Position numbers and translations under genes: made by a program. The notes under the pieces are model-generated. The model ran no database searches and was not told the DNA's origin. It saw only the letters and a list, made by a program, of their open reading frames with translations. A DNA stretch of 64,000 nucleotides from Candidatus Atelocyanobacterium thalassae. Lineage in GTDB: Bacteria > Cyanobacteriota > Cyanobacteriia > Cyanobacteriales > Microcystaceae. The first letter of the stretch is position 1, and each line of letters starts with the position of its first letter. Below are positions 10,793-22,195 of the stretch, piece after piece. The stretch spans positions 256,001 through 320,000 of the forward strand of contig JBFPLN010000003.1 in assembly GCA_051971635.1 (NCBI GenBank), given 5' to 3'.

Positions 10793-11338
10793 TTACATAT
10801 TTTTGGGGTTACCTTTTTTTAACTTAATATCAGGAATAATGTAAATTAATCCTGATATTAATGTTAAAACTACAGATAACCAAAATAATATATTGGTGAA
10901 ACCATCCCAGTTTTGAGGAAGAGGTGCAATAATAAAAGCAATGGCTATGATTTGACTAACTGTCTTAGTCTTACCCCAAATCCTAGCTTCTTTGGGGCCT
11001 CTACTATTTTTAATACTATTAATTCGATAATAAGTTATTGCTATCTCTCTCAAGGTAATTAGAGCTACCCCAAATACAGAAAGTTGTTGTGTTATTACTA
11101 AACCTGACAGAGTCAAGATGATGAAAATTTTATCTATCAAGGGATCAAGAAATTTACCTAATTCCGTAACTTGATTCATTTTTCTAGCTAAATATCCATC
11201 TATCCAATCTGTAGAAGCTATTATAAGAAAAGTTATTAGACTAATCCAACGACTAAAAAGAATAGGTGTAATCAAAAAATAAAAGAGAAAAAAAACTCCT
11301 ATTAAACGGCTTATAGTGATCCAATTAGGAATATTCAT
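10793..11338 (-). CDS. pgsA: CDP-diacylglycerol--glycerol-3-phosphate 3-phosphatidyltransferase
   Basis: NIPNWITISR, TDWIDGYLAR...GKFLDPLIDK CDP-alcohol motif, GKTKT. Confidence 0.96.
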   Translation of the reverse strand: MNIPNWITISRLIGVFFLFYFLITPILFSRWISLITFLIIASTDWIDGYLARKMNQVTELGKFLDPLIDKIFIILTLSGLVITQQLSVFGVALITLREIAITYYRINSIKNSRGPKEARIWGKTKTVSQIIAIAFIIAPLPQNWDGFTNILFWLSVVLTLISGLIYIIPDIKLKKGNPKNM

Positions 11339-11378
11339 TAATAACTTCTTAGAAATACAATATAATTTACTATTTTTA

Positions 11379-12569
11379 TTAGATACCTATTTCTTGTAGC
11401 TTACCACGTAGGATATTTGCTTCTATTTGTTTATCTTGAACCTCATAAAGTTTTATAGCTTTTTGAAATGCTTCAGAACTTTTAGAAATTTTTTTTAACT
11501 TAAATAAAATTACTCCTAAGTTTTGATAAATCTCAGCACAATTAGGATTTAGAGAAATTAACTTTTTATAAATGATTACAGAATCTAATAGTCTTCCCAT
11601 AGCACTTAAAACTATGGCAAGGTTATAGTAACCGGTTAAAAAATTAGGATCAATTTTTAAAGTTATTTCATAAACTTTGGCTGCATCTTTAAAATTTTTT
11701 ATATTTTGTAAAGCGACCCCATAATTATTATAGGCACCCAGCTTTAAAAAATCCATAATATCTTGAGCCACTGCCTTTTTATAATGTTTTATGGCTCGTT
11801 CGTTATTATTTGTTTTAGTATAAATATTACCTAGGTGATAATGTAATTCAAATAGTATATGAACATTTTCTTTGTTAAATTTTAAACCTTGTTTAAATAA
11901 CTTAATAGCTTGTTTCTCCCTACCTGCTTGAGAATATATGGCTCCTAACTTACTACAAGTATATGAATCATATGGATATTTTTTTAAGAAGCTCTCCATT
12001 GCCTCTTTAGCGCGATCATATTTATTCAAGGATAAAATTTGACCTGGAGTATAACCATAATGGAATATAGAGACTATAGGAAGGTCTACAATTTTCCAGC
12101 AATTTTCTACTTCTAATAGCTTAGTTATGCTCTCATCTATAGAAGAATGATAAGGACGAAAAAAAGAAATGCTTGAATGATTACGAAATAAACGAGAAAC
12201 TAGAGAATAAGGAGATTGAGATGCCCCTACTTCATAACGTACTAAATTAACTACTAAACTATCTTTTTGAGCGATATATTTTTTGATTTGCGGAATGGCC
12301 TCTTTATTGATAATTTCATCAGCATCGAGAACTAGCACCCAATCTTTAGTAACATATTTTAATGCTTCATTTCTCGCTGATGAAAAATCGTTATTCCACT
12401 TAAATGTAGGAACAATTGCTCCAAATTTTTTAGCAATTGCTATGGTTTTATCAGTTGAACCAGTATCTAAAACTATTATCTCGTCAACTAACTCTTTAAT
12501 ACTATCTAGACATTCAGATAGTCTCTCCTCTTCATTTTTAACAATCATGCAAAGACTAAGTTCTGTCAT
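11379..12569 (-). CDS. glycosyltransferase family 2 with C-terminal TPR repeats
   Basis: LSLCMIVKNEE, DTGSTD, DFSSARN, LDADE followed by TPR helices; start trimmed to 12569. Confidence 0.9.
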   Translation of the reverse strand: MTELSLCMIVKNEEERLSECLDSIKELVDEIIVLDTGSTDKTIAIAKKFGAIVPTFKWNNDFSSARNEALKYVTKDWVLVLDADEIINKEAIPQIKKYIAQKDSLVVNLVRYEVGASQSPYSLVSRLFRNHSSISFFRPYHSSIDESITKLLEVENCWKIVDLPIVSIFHYGYTPGQILSLNKYDRAKEAMESFLKKYPYDSYTCSKLGAIYSQAGREKQAIKLFKQGLKFNKENVHILFELHYHLGNIYTKTNNNERAIKHYKKAVAQDIMDFLKLGAYNNYGVALQNIKNFKDAAKVYEITLKIDPNFLTGYYNLAIVLSAMGRLLDSVIIYKKLISLNPNCAEIYQNLGVILFKLKKISKSSEAFQKAIKLYEVQDKQIEANILRGKLQEIGI

Positions 12570-12978
12570 TTTTAATCTAAAGCTATTTTTCAATCTAATA
12601 GGTTATTAGAATTCGGCAGTAAATATGATTCTTTATATAGTATATTGTTAATAACATAATATTGTAGTTAATAATAATATTAATGATATTCAGTAAACTG
12701 AAAAACATTTAACTCTTAAATAGAATAAATTTCTTAGTATTTTTAAAAAAGGCACGGCTTCCTTTCATATAGGTGAATTTTTGCTTATGTCTCCGGAAAT
12801 ATAGATATTTCATTTATTTTTTTAAAAAACGCTTCAAATAAAAAAGCACTAGAACGGGTAAGACATTGTTTTAAATTTTTTCTCACAACTATCTCTTTAC
12901 TTTAAAAATCAATAAAGAATTATTGTGTATGGGTATAGTAATGATCCACTTTTTATTAAAGTTCATATAGATTATCTT

Positions 12979-14448
12979 ATGTCATTGACTCTATTAACAT
13001 CAAAGGAAATTCCTCAATTAATCTATCAACCTAATCGTGAGCACTTTGATGATACTTGGCGAAAACCATTAAGTATTTTATTAGGGTTAGGAAGAGCCGC
13101 AGGGGCAGATTTTTTAGAATTTTTTTTAGAAAGAACTAACTATCTCAGTTGTTTAGCAGAAGAGGAAATTATTACAGCTATTTCTCCTTCTTTATCTTCT
13201 GGTGCTGGGATACGTATTTTTAAAGGCAAAGCTGATTGCTATGTAAGTACTAACAATATTTCATTCAAAGGTCTTAGAGTAGCTTTAGAAAAAGGACTAT
13301 CTATTTTAGGCTTAAGTTTACCTTGTTCTAACTCTTATGTTTCAGAAGTAAATTTAGATTTATTAAAAGACTATACTATCAATAAGCAAAAAGAATCATG
13401 GTTGTCAAAATGTATTGCAATTGAAGAAATACGACAAATCCTACTTTCAGCAAACCAGTCAATCACTGCAAAAGTTAACCATATCCAATCTCGCCGTTCC
13501 ACTTATTTTAGAAATTGGCAAGAAGTTCTAGTTGCTTCCAGTGATGGTACCTTTGCTAGAGATATTCGTCTTACTCAATCCGTTGGTTATTCTTTACTGT
13601 GCGCAGATAGGGAACATCGTAGCTCAATAAATAAACGTTTTGGCGACACTAGTAACATTAACTTTTTAAGACAATGGGATTACGAAAATGCATCAGAAGA
13701 GATTGCAGAATCTGCTGGAAGAATGCTTTATGCTGATTTTGTTGAATCAGGTAATTATCCTATAGTTATGGCAAATAAGTTTGGTGGAGTAATTTTCCAT
13801 GAAGCTTGCGGACATCTTTTAGAAACTACTCAAATAGAAACTCATACAACTCCGTTCATAAATAAAAAAGGGCATAAAATTGCACATGAAAATTTGACAG
13901 CTTGGGATGAAGGATTATCGGATAAAGCTTTTGGAAGTATTGATATGGATGATGAAGGAATGCCTTCCCAAAGGACTCTTTTAATAGAAAACGGTATTTT
14001 AAAAAACTTTCTATCTGATCGAGCTGGCTATCTTCGTACTGGATTTCCCCGTACAGGTAATGGAAGACGTCAAAATTATGCGTATGCTCCAGCGTCTCGA
14101 ATGCGTAATACGTATATTGCTCCTGGCGATTATTCCATAAGCGATATTTTTGCCTCTATAGATAAAGGGATTTATTGTAAACAAATGGGTGGTGGTAGTG
14201 TTGGAGTTACAGGTGAATTCAATTTTTGTGTTTCTGAGGCATACCTAATTGAAAAGGGAAAATTAACAAAACCTTTAAAAGGAGCAACTTTGATTGGAAT
14301 AGCTCAAAATATAATGAACGAAATTTCAATGTGTTCACAAGATTTAGAGTATGCTCCAGGATTTTGCGGCTCTACAAGCGGTAGTATATACGTTACTGTT
14401 GGTCAGCCACATATTAAAGTTGATAAGATTACTGTAGGTGGTCGTTAA
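12979..14448 (+). CDS. tldD: TldD metalloprotease subunit
   Basis: FHEACGH zinc motif, [26 protein letters not shown] 12979 preferred over GTG 12925. Confidence 0.93.
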   Translation: MSLTLLTSKEIPQLIYQPNREHFDDTWRKPLSILLGLGRAAGADFLEFFLERTNYLSCLAEEEIITAISPSLSSGAGIRIFKGKADCYVSTNNISFKGLRVALEKGLSILGLSLPCSNSYVSEVNLDLLKDYTINKQKESWLSKCIAIEEIRQILLSANQSITAKVNHIQSRRSTYFRNWQEVLVASSDGTFARDIRLTQSVGYSLLCADREHRSSINKRFGDTSNINFLRQWDYENASEEIAESAGRMLYADFVESGNYPIVMANKFGGVIFHEACGHLLETTQIETHTTPFINKKGHKIAHENLTAWDEGLSDKAFGSIDMDDEGMPSQRTLLIENGILKNFLSDRAGYLRTGFPRTGNGRRQNYAYAPASRMRNTYIAPGDYSISDIFASIDKGIYCKQMGGGSVGVTGEFNFCVSEAYLIEKGKLTKPLKGATLIGIAQNIMNEISMCSQDLEYAPGFCGSTSGSIYVTVGQPHIKVDKITVGGR

Positions 14449-14778
14449 GATAAAAACTTAATAAGTATATGTTGTGTTAAATATATTTATAAAAAATAAC
14501 CACCACAATTAAGTATTATTTCAAATAATCAAATATAATTTATCAGCTGTATATTTATTTTTGAAAAAAATAATAATGTTTGCAGTGAATATATTAAGTT
14601 CGCTGGTTTACATCTTGATTGAAAATATAATCTCTTACATGCTTCTGAAACACCATAAGACCCAAAATATAATTAATTTTAGATACAGCTTAACATTATT
14701 CAATAATATCAATAATTAAATGTTTAATTCTAGAAAAATTAATAACTAAAAAGTGAAATATATTTTAGATTTAAAATT

Positions 14779-16263
14779 ATGAACTCATCTAAAATCACAA
14801 AAATTGAATATGTTGATGTTGTTATTGTCGGCGGCGGTATAGCTGGAATAGCAACTGCAGAGTTCTTAGCTCGTCATAGTAATTTATCTATTAAGCTTTT
14901 AGAAAAAGCTTCTCACCTGGGAACTGCGTCATCAGGAAAATTGGAAGGATGGTACCATACTGGGGCGCTATATTCTGGACAAGATGATGCACAAACATTC
15001 ATTAATTGTGTAAATGGAGTTGAAGATTTAATTAATTTTTATACTCCATATTTTACCTCTCAGTGCAATATCAATTTGTCAGAAAAAAGAACTAATTTTT
15101 TTACACCTTCAGTTATTCCCAAATCGGGAAGTTGGTTTGATAATTCTCCAGTTTATTTAATTCATCCTCAACTTGGTTCTCCAGAAATTTATCTTTCTCG
15201 TCTTAAAAGCGATTTAATACATATTAATAATCAAAAAGAAAGAGTTTTAGGAAGATTAGAAGCTGCCTATGGGGAACAGCATAATTGGTTGGTTAATAAT
15301 AGATGTACTGCTCCAAATTATGCCCAAGTTGAAAACAATGAGAGAATAGAATCTTCTCTAAAACAATCAACGACTACTATTCGTAATCTTTGTAATCAAT
15401 TTAATTTGTCATATGGAATAAAAACTACTACCTATGACTATATTAAAACTTTAGATTGTTCTATGAATACTGATAAAATTTTAAAGGATTTAGTATCTAG
15501 CTCTCTTAGCCATGGCGTAAATTTTGAAACAGGAATTAAAATTGAAAAATTGTCGATGGATAATTATGGGCCTATTCGTTTGAAGAGTTTATTATGCGAA
15601 ACAAAAGAAGGACTATTAAAAAAATTTAAGGCACGATTATTTATTTTTGCTGTTGGTAATGGATTTGAACCATTTTTAAGAGATTTACAAATAAGAGCAA
15701 GATTAAAATGCAATAAAAGTACTATGCTAGTAGCTGTTCCTCCTCTTGCTGATGTAAATTTCTTTAGGATGTCAACTAAAAATCATTTTCATTTCAATCA
15801 TTTTCTACGACAGCCAGATCCTAATAGTCATGCCTATTCAATATTGGCTAATTCTGGCTATGTTAATAGTGAAATAAATCATGAAATTAATACTGATCCT
15901 ATTTTAGAAGCAGCAGAGCGTTATTTTGGCGCTACTAATTTATATAGTAGAGAATTATATAGCTATGAATGTACAAAAACTGAATTCGTTAGTGAAGAAG
16001 AACAAAAACGACGTTATAGTTATTGGATTGAATCTAAGCCAAATAGTAATTATATATGCATACTGCCAGGAAAATTCTCCTTTTTCCCCACAGTAGCTTA
16101 TCAAGCTTATCAAAGAATTAGAACCTTGTTAGATTTTCAAGAGATAAAGCCTAAATTAAAATTTCAGACCACTGATGATCTTGAAATCAAAGCGAATAGT
16201 TTAGTAGCTAATTCATATTCTTCTCAAATTTCTGTAAATAGTTATTCTCCTATTATTAAATAG
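14779..16263 (+). CDS. FAD-dependent oxidoreductase (DAO/GlpA-like N-terminus), substrate unknown
   Basis: VVIVGGGIAG Rossmann motif, LLEK, SSGKLEGWYHTGALY, C-terminal PGKFS. Confidence 0.8.
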   Translation: MNSSKITKIEYVDVVIVGGGIAGIATAEFLARHSNLSIKLLEKASHLGTASSGKLEGWYHTGALYSGQDDAQTFINCVNGVEDLINFYTPYFTSQCNINLSEKRTNFFTPSVIPKSGSWFDNSPVYLIHPQLGSPEIYLSRLKSDLIHINNQKERVLGRLEAAYGEQHNWLVNNRCTAPNYAQVENNERIESSLKQSTTTIRNLCNQFNLSYGIKTTTYDYIKTLDCSMNTDKILKDLVSSSLSHGVNFETGIKIEKLSMDNYGPIRLKSLLCETKEGLLKKFKARLFIFAVGNGFEPFLRDLQIRARLKCNKSTMLVAVPPLADVNFFRMSTKNHFHFNHFLRQPDPNSHAYSILANSGYVNSEINHEINTDPILEAAERYFGATNLYSRELYSYECTKTEFVSEEEQKRRYSYWIESKPNSNYICILPGKFSFFPTVAYQAYQRIRTLLDFQEIKPKLKFQTTDDLEIKANSLVANSYSSQISVNSYSPIIK

Positions 16264-16476
16264 TAGTAAGAATAGTTATTACAAATAACTTATGTATTAA
16301 GTTTAAGGTACTTTCCTTTTATTATAAAAAATAATTCAAAGTATGTTAAGTATTATACTAAATAGTACTTAGTTATTTTTAAATGATAATTTCTAAATTA
16401 GGTATCTAAAAAATATAATTTTAACTATTATTTTTTGACTCAAAATTACAGATTCAATAAATAATTTTTATAGATA

Positions 16477-17337
16477 ATGGCTATGGTAGACAAAAAAAAA
16501 TTAAACTCAGGAACTTTATATGTAGTGGGAACACCTATCGGTAACCTAGAAGATATAACACTACGAGCAATTAGGATTCTAAAATCAGTTGATTTAATTG
16601 CAGCAGAAGACACTCGTCATACTGCTAAACTGCTAAATTACTTCCAAATAGCTACTTCTAAAATTAGTTATCACCAACATAATTATGCAATTCGTCAAGA
16701 TGAGTTAGTAGATAAATTAAAACTAGGAAATACAATTGCTTTAGTAAGTGATGCTGGAATGCCAGGTATTTCAGATCCTGGCTATGATTTAATCTGTTCA
16801 TGTATTGTTGAAAATATTCTTGTAATTCCAGTTCCAGGTCCTACAGCAGTTATTACAGCTCTTACAACGTCGGGGCTACCAAGTAATCGTTTTGTTTTTG
16901 AAGGGTTTTTACCTATCAAAGCTCATATAAGAGAAGAACGTCTCAATTCTTTAAGGGAAGAAACTCGTACAATTGTTATTTATGAGTCTCCTCATCGCTT
17001 ATTAAAAACTTTAATTGATTTTGTAGAGATATTTGGTAGCAATCATAGGATCACCATAGGAAGAGAACTAACTAAATATTATGAAGAGTTTTGGAGGGGT
17101 AATCTAAAAGATGCCGTACTACATTATAAAGAAACTAAAAATATAAAAGGAGAATTTACACTAGTTTTATCTGGTTGCTCTCAGAATAACTTGTTAGATT
17201 TAAACATTGAACAGGTAAAAGTTGAGTTACAAAAATTACTAGAGAAAGGAATGACAAGATCTCAAGCTAGTAAGTATTTAGCCACGACAGTAAATTTTTC
17301 TCGTCGTCAAATCTATGAAATATCTTTAAATAGTTAA
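16477..17337 (+). CDS. rsmI: 16S rRNA (cytidine1402-2'-O)-methyltransferase
   Basis: GTPIGNLEDIT.RA, AEDTR, SDAGMPGISDPG, YESPHR, RELTK. Confidence 0.97.
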   Translation: MAMVDKKKLNSGTLYVVGTPIGNLEDITLRAIRILKSVDLIAAEDTRHTAKLLNYFQIATSKISYHQHNYAIRQDELVDKLKLGNTIALVSDAGMPGISDPGYDLICSCIVENILVIPVPGPTAVITALTTSGLPSNRFVFEGFLPIKAHIREERLNSLREETRTIVIYESPHRLLKTLIDFVEIFGSNHRITIGRELTKYYEEFWRGNLKDAVLHYKETKNIKGEFTLVLSGCSQNNLLDLNIEQVKVELQKLLEKGMTRSQASKYLATTVNFSRRQIYEISLNS

Positions 17338-17439
17338 TATATATCAACATCTTTATTGTGACAATATTGATAAAAACTAGTTAGCAATAGGCTTTATAAA
17401 ATAAGATTCTAGCTATGTATAACTTATGATATTTTATGT

Positions 17440-18480
17440 ATGGTTTTTCTTCGAAAACTAAAAAAAAAGACTATGATTTATATGTCTGAGCAACTTAAAA
17501 AGAAAGTCTCTTCTCCACTAACGATAGGATCGTTGATTCTTAATAGCAGAGTTTTACAGTCACCTTTAGCTGGAGTAACAGATTTAGCATTTCGTAAGTT
17601 AGTTCGACGCTATTCTCCTAATTCCATGATTTATACAGAAATGTTTAATGCAACGGAATTATGTCATTTGAGAGAAACGCAACAATTTATTGATGTCGAT
17701 ATTGAACAGAAACCAATTGGAATCCAAATATTTGATTCTCGTTACTATTTTATGGTGGAAGCAGCTCAAAAAATAGAAAATCAAGGCGCACAGACAATTG
17801 ATATAAATATGGGTTGTCCAGTTAATAAGATTACAAAAAAAGGGGGAGGATCTTCATTATTGAAGCAACCTAAAGCAGCTCAAAAAATTATTTCTGAGAT
17901 TGTGAAAGTTGTAAAAATACCTGTTACTGTGAAGACAAGAATTGGCTGGAACGATAGTGAAATTAACATATTAGATTTTGCGAGAATGATGGAAGATGCT
18001 GGAGCTTCTATGTTAACTATTCACGCAAGAACTAGAAGTCAAGGATATAGTGGAACTCCCTATTGGCAATGGATTAAAAAAATTAAAGACAATTTATTAA
18101 TTCCGATTATAGCGAACGGAAATATCTTTTCTATTGAAGATGCAGTTAAATGCCTAGAAATGACAAATGCAGATGGAGTGATGTGCTCTAGAGGAACTTT
18201 GGGGTATCCATTTTTAGTAGGAGAGATTGATCATTTCTTTCAAACAGGTCATCGTTTACCTATAATTACTCCTCGTCAAAGATTAAAATGTGCTAAGGAT
18301 CATTTAAAAGAGCTTTGGCAAGATAAAGGTAATCAAGGAATTTATCAAGGAAGAAAGCATCTTCGTTGGTATTGTCAAGGATTTCCTGGCGCATCAGAGT
18401 TAAGAAAAAAAATTGTACAAATTCAAGATATGGAAGAAGGAAGTAATCTTTTAGATAAAAGTATTGAATTGTGTGTATAA
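17440..18480 (+). CDS. dusB: tRNA-dihydrouridine synthase B
   Basis: PLAGVTD, DINMGCP, VTVKTRIGW, HART; true start may be 17473 or 17482. Confidence 0.93.
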   Translation: MVFLRKLKKKTMIYMSEQLKKKVSSPLTIGSLILNSRVLQSPLAGVTDLAFRKLVRRYSPNSMIYTEMFNATELCHLRETQQFIDVDIEQKPIGIQIFDSRYYFMVEAAQKIENQGAQTIDINMGCPVNKITKKGGGSSLLKQPKAAQKIISEIVKVVKIPVTVKTRIGWNDSEINILDFARMMEDAGASMLTIHARTRSQGYSGTPYWQWIKKIKDNLLIPIIANGNIFSIEDAVKCLEMTNADGVMCSRGTLGYPFLVGEIDHFFQTGHRLPIITPRQRLKCAKDHLKELWQDKGNQGIYQGRKHLRWYCQGFPGASELRKKIVQIQDMEEGSNLLDKSIELCV

Positions 18481-18954
18481 AAAATTCTCTCTGAAATCTC
18501 ATTAAATTTTAAAATGAGAAAAGTACAGAATTACCTGAATTATAAAAAAGTTCTGAAATCACTTGTAGCGTAAGCATTATTTAATACTATTAGTTGTATA
18601 AAACCTTTACAAAATTTGTTATGTATAAAAATAAATCAAATGTTTTATGTTATCTGATGCTCTGAAAAAATTTTCGATATATTTTAATATTGCACAATAC
18701 TACTAGAAATCATATTGATTTTTAGTAGTATTAATTCCTAAAATAATTTATTATTATCTTTCTCAAAGATAAATAATAACAAATTAACTTTTTAATAAAA
18801 GTTAATTTTCATTTAATTTAAGTAGATAATTCAAAAAAATGTTATATTAATTTGAGTATTTCTTTTAAAAATTCCAAATTTCTATTTATATATAAATATA
18901 TTAAGAATAGAACTTATTACTTATTAACTATTTATTTGTCCGGACCCTCCAAAC

Positions 18955-20589
18955 GTGACTACTCAAAATCCTTTTATTACCAACAACTCAGAAACTCTTC
19001 CAGTAAACGTTTCGGGTGATACCTTTAATCTTAATCATCAAATGATAGTTATTCTTGATTTTGGTTCTCAATATTCAGAATTAATCGCACGTCGAATTCG
19101 AGAGACGCACGTTTATTCTGAAGTTATATCCTACCAAACTGATATAAAAAAAATATATGAACTTAATCCAAAAGGGATTATTCTTTCAGGGGGGCCTAAT
19201 TCAGTTTATAGTGACTTTTCCCCACAGTGTGATGTAAAAATATGGGACCTAGGTATTCCTATCCTAGGTATTTGCTATGGAATGCAGCTGATGGTGCAGC
19301 AGCTTGGAGGGCGAGTTGAAAAAGCAGAGTATGGAGAATACGGTAAAGCACTCTTAAAAATAGATGATCCGACAGATCTATTTACTAACTTAGAGGACGG
19401 CTCCACTATGTGGATGAGTCATGGAGATTCGTCTACAAAGCTACCTGAAGGATTCTCTGTTTTAGCTCATACAGATAATACACCATGTGCTGCTATCGCT
19501 AATCATGATAAAAAGCTCTTTGGCGTACAATTCCATCCAGAAGTTGTTCATTCTGTGGGAGGAATTGCTATTATACGAAATTTTGTTTATCACATTTGTG
19601 GATGTGAGCCTACATGGACAACAAAAGCATTTGTTGATGAAACTATTAATGAAATTCGCAAAAAAGTTAAAGAGAAAAAAGTGTTATTGGCTTTATCTGG
19701 AGGAGTAGATTCTTCAACATTAGCTTTTTTATTGCATCAAGCTATTGGTGATAATTTAACCTGCATGTTTATTGACCAAGGTTTTATGCGAAAAGGAGAA
19801 CCAGAACGTCTTGTAGATATATTTAGTAAACAATTTCATATTCCAGTTGAGTATGTTAATGCAAGAGAACGCTTCATCAAAAAGTTAGAAGGAATCGTTG
19901 ATCCCGAAAAAAAGCGCCATCTTATTGGACACGAATTTATACAGGTATTTGAAGAAGAATCCCAGCGCCTTGGCCCTTTTGACTATTTAGCCCAAGGTAC
20001 ACTTTATCCTGACGTAATAGAATCTGCAGATATCAATGTTGCTCCTAATGCAGGTGAAAGAGTCGCTGTTAAAATTAAGAGTCATCACAATGTTGGAGGC
20101 TTACCTAAAAACTTAAGATTTAAACTCGTAGAACCTTTACGTAAATTGTTTAAAGATGAGGTTCGAAAAGTTGGCCAATCTATTGGTCTACCAGAAGAGA
20201 TAGTGCGTCGTCATCCTTTCCCTGGGCCAGGACTAGCTATTCGTATAATTGGAGAAGTTACTGCAGAACGTTTAAACATACTAAGAGATGCGGATTATAT
20301 CGTAAGAGATGAAATCAGCAAGCAAGGTGTATATCATGACCTCTGGCAAGCATTTGCTGTATTACTACCTATTCGTAGTGTTGGTGTTATGGGAGATAAA
20401 CGTACATATTCCCATCCTATAGTATTGCGTCTTATTACCAGTGAGGATGGTATGACTGCCGATTGGGCAAAGGTTCCTTATGAGCTCTTGGAAACTATTT
20501 CTAATCGTATTGTCAATGAAGTAGGGGAAGTGAATCGCGTAGTCTATGATATAACTTCCAAGCCTCCAGGAACTATTGAGTGGGAATAA
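18955..20589 (+). CDS. guaA: GMP synthase (glutamine-hydrolysing)
   Basis: [43 protein letters not shown]. Confidence 0.99.
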   Translation: MTTQNPFITNNSETLPVNVSGDTFNLNHQMIVILDFGSQYSELIARRIRETHVYSEVISYQTDIKKIYELNPKGIILSGGPNSVYSDFSPQCDVKIWDLGIPILGICYGMQLMVQQLGGRVEKAEYGEYGKALLKIDDPTDLFTNLEDGSTMWMSHGDSSTKLPEGFSVLAHTDNTPCAAIANHDKKLFGVQFHPEVVHSVGGIAIIRNFVYHICGCEPTWTTKAFVDETINEIRKKVKEKKVLLALSGGVDSSTLAFLLHQAIGDNLTCMFIDQGFMRKGEPERLVDIFSKQFHIPVEYVNARERFIKKLEGIVDPEKKRHLIGHEFIQVFEEESQRLGPFDYLAQGTLYPDVIESADINVAPNAGERVAVKIKSHHNVGGLPKNLRFKLVEPLRKLFKDEVRKVGQSIGLPEEIVRRHPFPGPGLAIRIIGEVTAERLNILRDADYIVRDEISKQGVYHDLWQAFAVLLPIRSVGVMGDKRTYSHPIVLRLITSEDGMTADWAKVPYELLETISNRIVNEVGEVNRVVYDITSKPPGTIEWE

Positions 20590-20644
20590 TTAAAAAAAAT
20601 CGAGCTATGACATTAAAACATCATAGCTCGATTTTTTTTAATTA
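20587..20644 (+). terminator. 24-bp perfect inverted repeat starting at the guaA stop codon
   Basis: TAATTAAAAAAAATCGAGCTATGA-10 nt-TCATAGCTCGATTTTTTTTAATTA with A/T tracts on both sides. Confidence 0.8.
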
Positions 20645-20671
20645 CTGAAAATAAGTTTAAAAATATGGGCT

Positions 20672-20703
20672 CTCAGAATTGTTTCACATGAAACAATTCT
20701 GAG
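20672..20703. terminator. 15-bp inverted repeat downstream of vipp1
   Basis: CTCAGAATTGTTTCA-ca-TGAAACAATTCTGAG. Confidence 0.65.
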
Positions 20704-20788
20704 GTCATTATTCCTATATATGTCTTTAAATCTTTTTGCTTTTAGTCTCCGATTAGTTGATTATTTTAAGTAATTCTGGCATTAATAG

Positions 20789-21565
20789 CTACATATTATT
20801 TAATTCTCGTCTAAGTTTTTCTAATTCTTCATCATCAGCAATTTGATCTTTCGAGGAGGAATCATTATCTTCGATTGATTCGGGTAAGATACCTTTGGAA
20901 GAACTAGAACCAGATATTTGAGATTTTAACATTGCCAATTCTTCATCTACTTCACTACTAGCTTCTAATTGAGCGAATTGTCCTTCAACTCCAGATGCTG
21001 CTAGTTCTCCTATAGATTGGGATTGAGCTTCCATGTCCAAGACTTTACTTTCCATACGTTCAAAAGCAGACATAGAAGTGCTTGTATCTAATCCGCTCAT
21101 AGTCTTTTGTAAAGATTGAGTAGCTTTTGCTGCTTTTGAACGAGCAATAAGAATATTCTTTTTAGTTTTAGCTTCTCCAATTTTACTTTCTAGAGTCGCT
21201 AAATTTTGACGCATTGTTTCAAGTTGAGCATTTTGTTGATTCAGTTGTTCATTAAGAGTCAAAGCAGTTTCAGAGTAAGATTTCTTACGCACCAATGCTT
21301 CTCTGGCAAGGTCTTCTTCTTTCCTGGATATAGCTAGTTTTGCTCTCTGTTCCCAATTATTAGCCTCCATAAGTGATTTTTTATACTGTGATTCGATCCG
21401 TTTTTGGGAACTAAGACTTTGAGCGAATGCTTGTTTTAATTGAACTAAATCTTCACTCATGTCAACAAGTGTCTGTTCTAAAACTTTTTCCGGATCTTCT
21501 GCTTTACTGACAAGATCGTTAAGATTAGCTCTCACAACCCGACTTAGACGATCAAATAGTCCCAT
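20789..21565 (-). CDS. vipp1: Vipp1/IM30 (PspA family) thylakoid membrane protein
   Basis: MGLFDRLSRVVRANLN, AEDPEKVLEQ, AFERMESKV and the Vipp1-specific C-terminal helix (DDEELEKLRREL). Confidence 0.93.
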   Translation of the reverse strand: MGLFDRLSRVVRANLNDLVSKAEDPEKVLEQTLVDMSEDLVQLKQAFAQSLSSQKRIESQYKKSLMEANNWEQRAKLAISRKEEDLAREALVRKKSYSETALTLNEQLNQQNAQLETMRQNLATLESKIGEAKTKKNILIARSKAAKATQSLQKTMSGLDTSTSMSAFERMESKVLDMEAQSQSIGELAASGVEGQFAQLEASSEVDEELAMLKSQISGSSSSKGILPESIEDNDSSSKDQIADDEELEKLRRELNNM

Positions 21566-21831
21566 AATATTTTTTTTCCTCTTGATATTGACAAATTTTA
21601 CTAAGGTTCATGATTAAAATAACATTTTATCTCTTAATTGAGATATGGTAATTTCTAGTTTATCAGTTGTTTTTCAATTAATCATTAACTTCACTCTAAT
21701 TAAATAACTCAAAATGTATGTAATAAGTATACGGCAATAATAAAAAATTAATAATGGTATAGTAATTAATTCTAATAAAGTTAGAGTAAATAATATAACC
21801 TATTCTAAATTTTTCTATCACGTTTTACTTT

Positions 21832-22155
21832 TTATATTTGTTTTTTTAGTTCTTGTTGTTTAATTGCTTTGATTTGATTTTCTCGGAATGATTTAGTAGC
21901 TTCACTCAAATCACTCATGGTATCTTCTATAAATTCACCATTATTACGACTTCTTTGAAAATTAGTTTTATGCATTAGGTTTAAAGGATTTATAAGATTT
22001 TCTGATGCCTCAGCTTCATTTTCTTTACTATTTTGATAAGAATATGTATTGATTGATTTCTTTGATTGAGAATAAGCTTTTGGGATATTATCAAAAGTAA
22101 CTATCCAAAAAATTAGCAAAAATATGAACTTAAGTAGTTCAATTTTTTTAAACAT
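21832..22155 (-). CDS. hypothetical exported protein
   Basis: 107 aa, signal-peptide-like N-terminus, NPLNLMH..NF.RSR motif; co-oriented with the ABC genes. Confidence 0.7.
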   Translation of the reverse strand: MFKKIELLKFIFLLIFWIVTFDNIPKAYSQSKKSINTYSYQNSKENEAEASENLINPLNLMHKTNFQRSRNNGEFIEDTMSDLSEATKSFRENQIKAIKQQELKKQI

Positions 22156-22195
22156 TTAAAGTTATCCTCCCTGGTAAATAGTTATTAATTCTGAA

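Noticed and set aside
12740..12870. Possible gene remnant upstream of tldD (minus frame IYISGDISKNSPI*KEAVP)
   Set aside because: Too short and unassignable by eye
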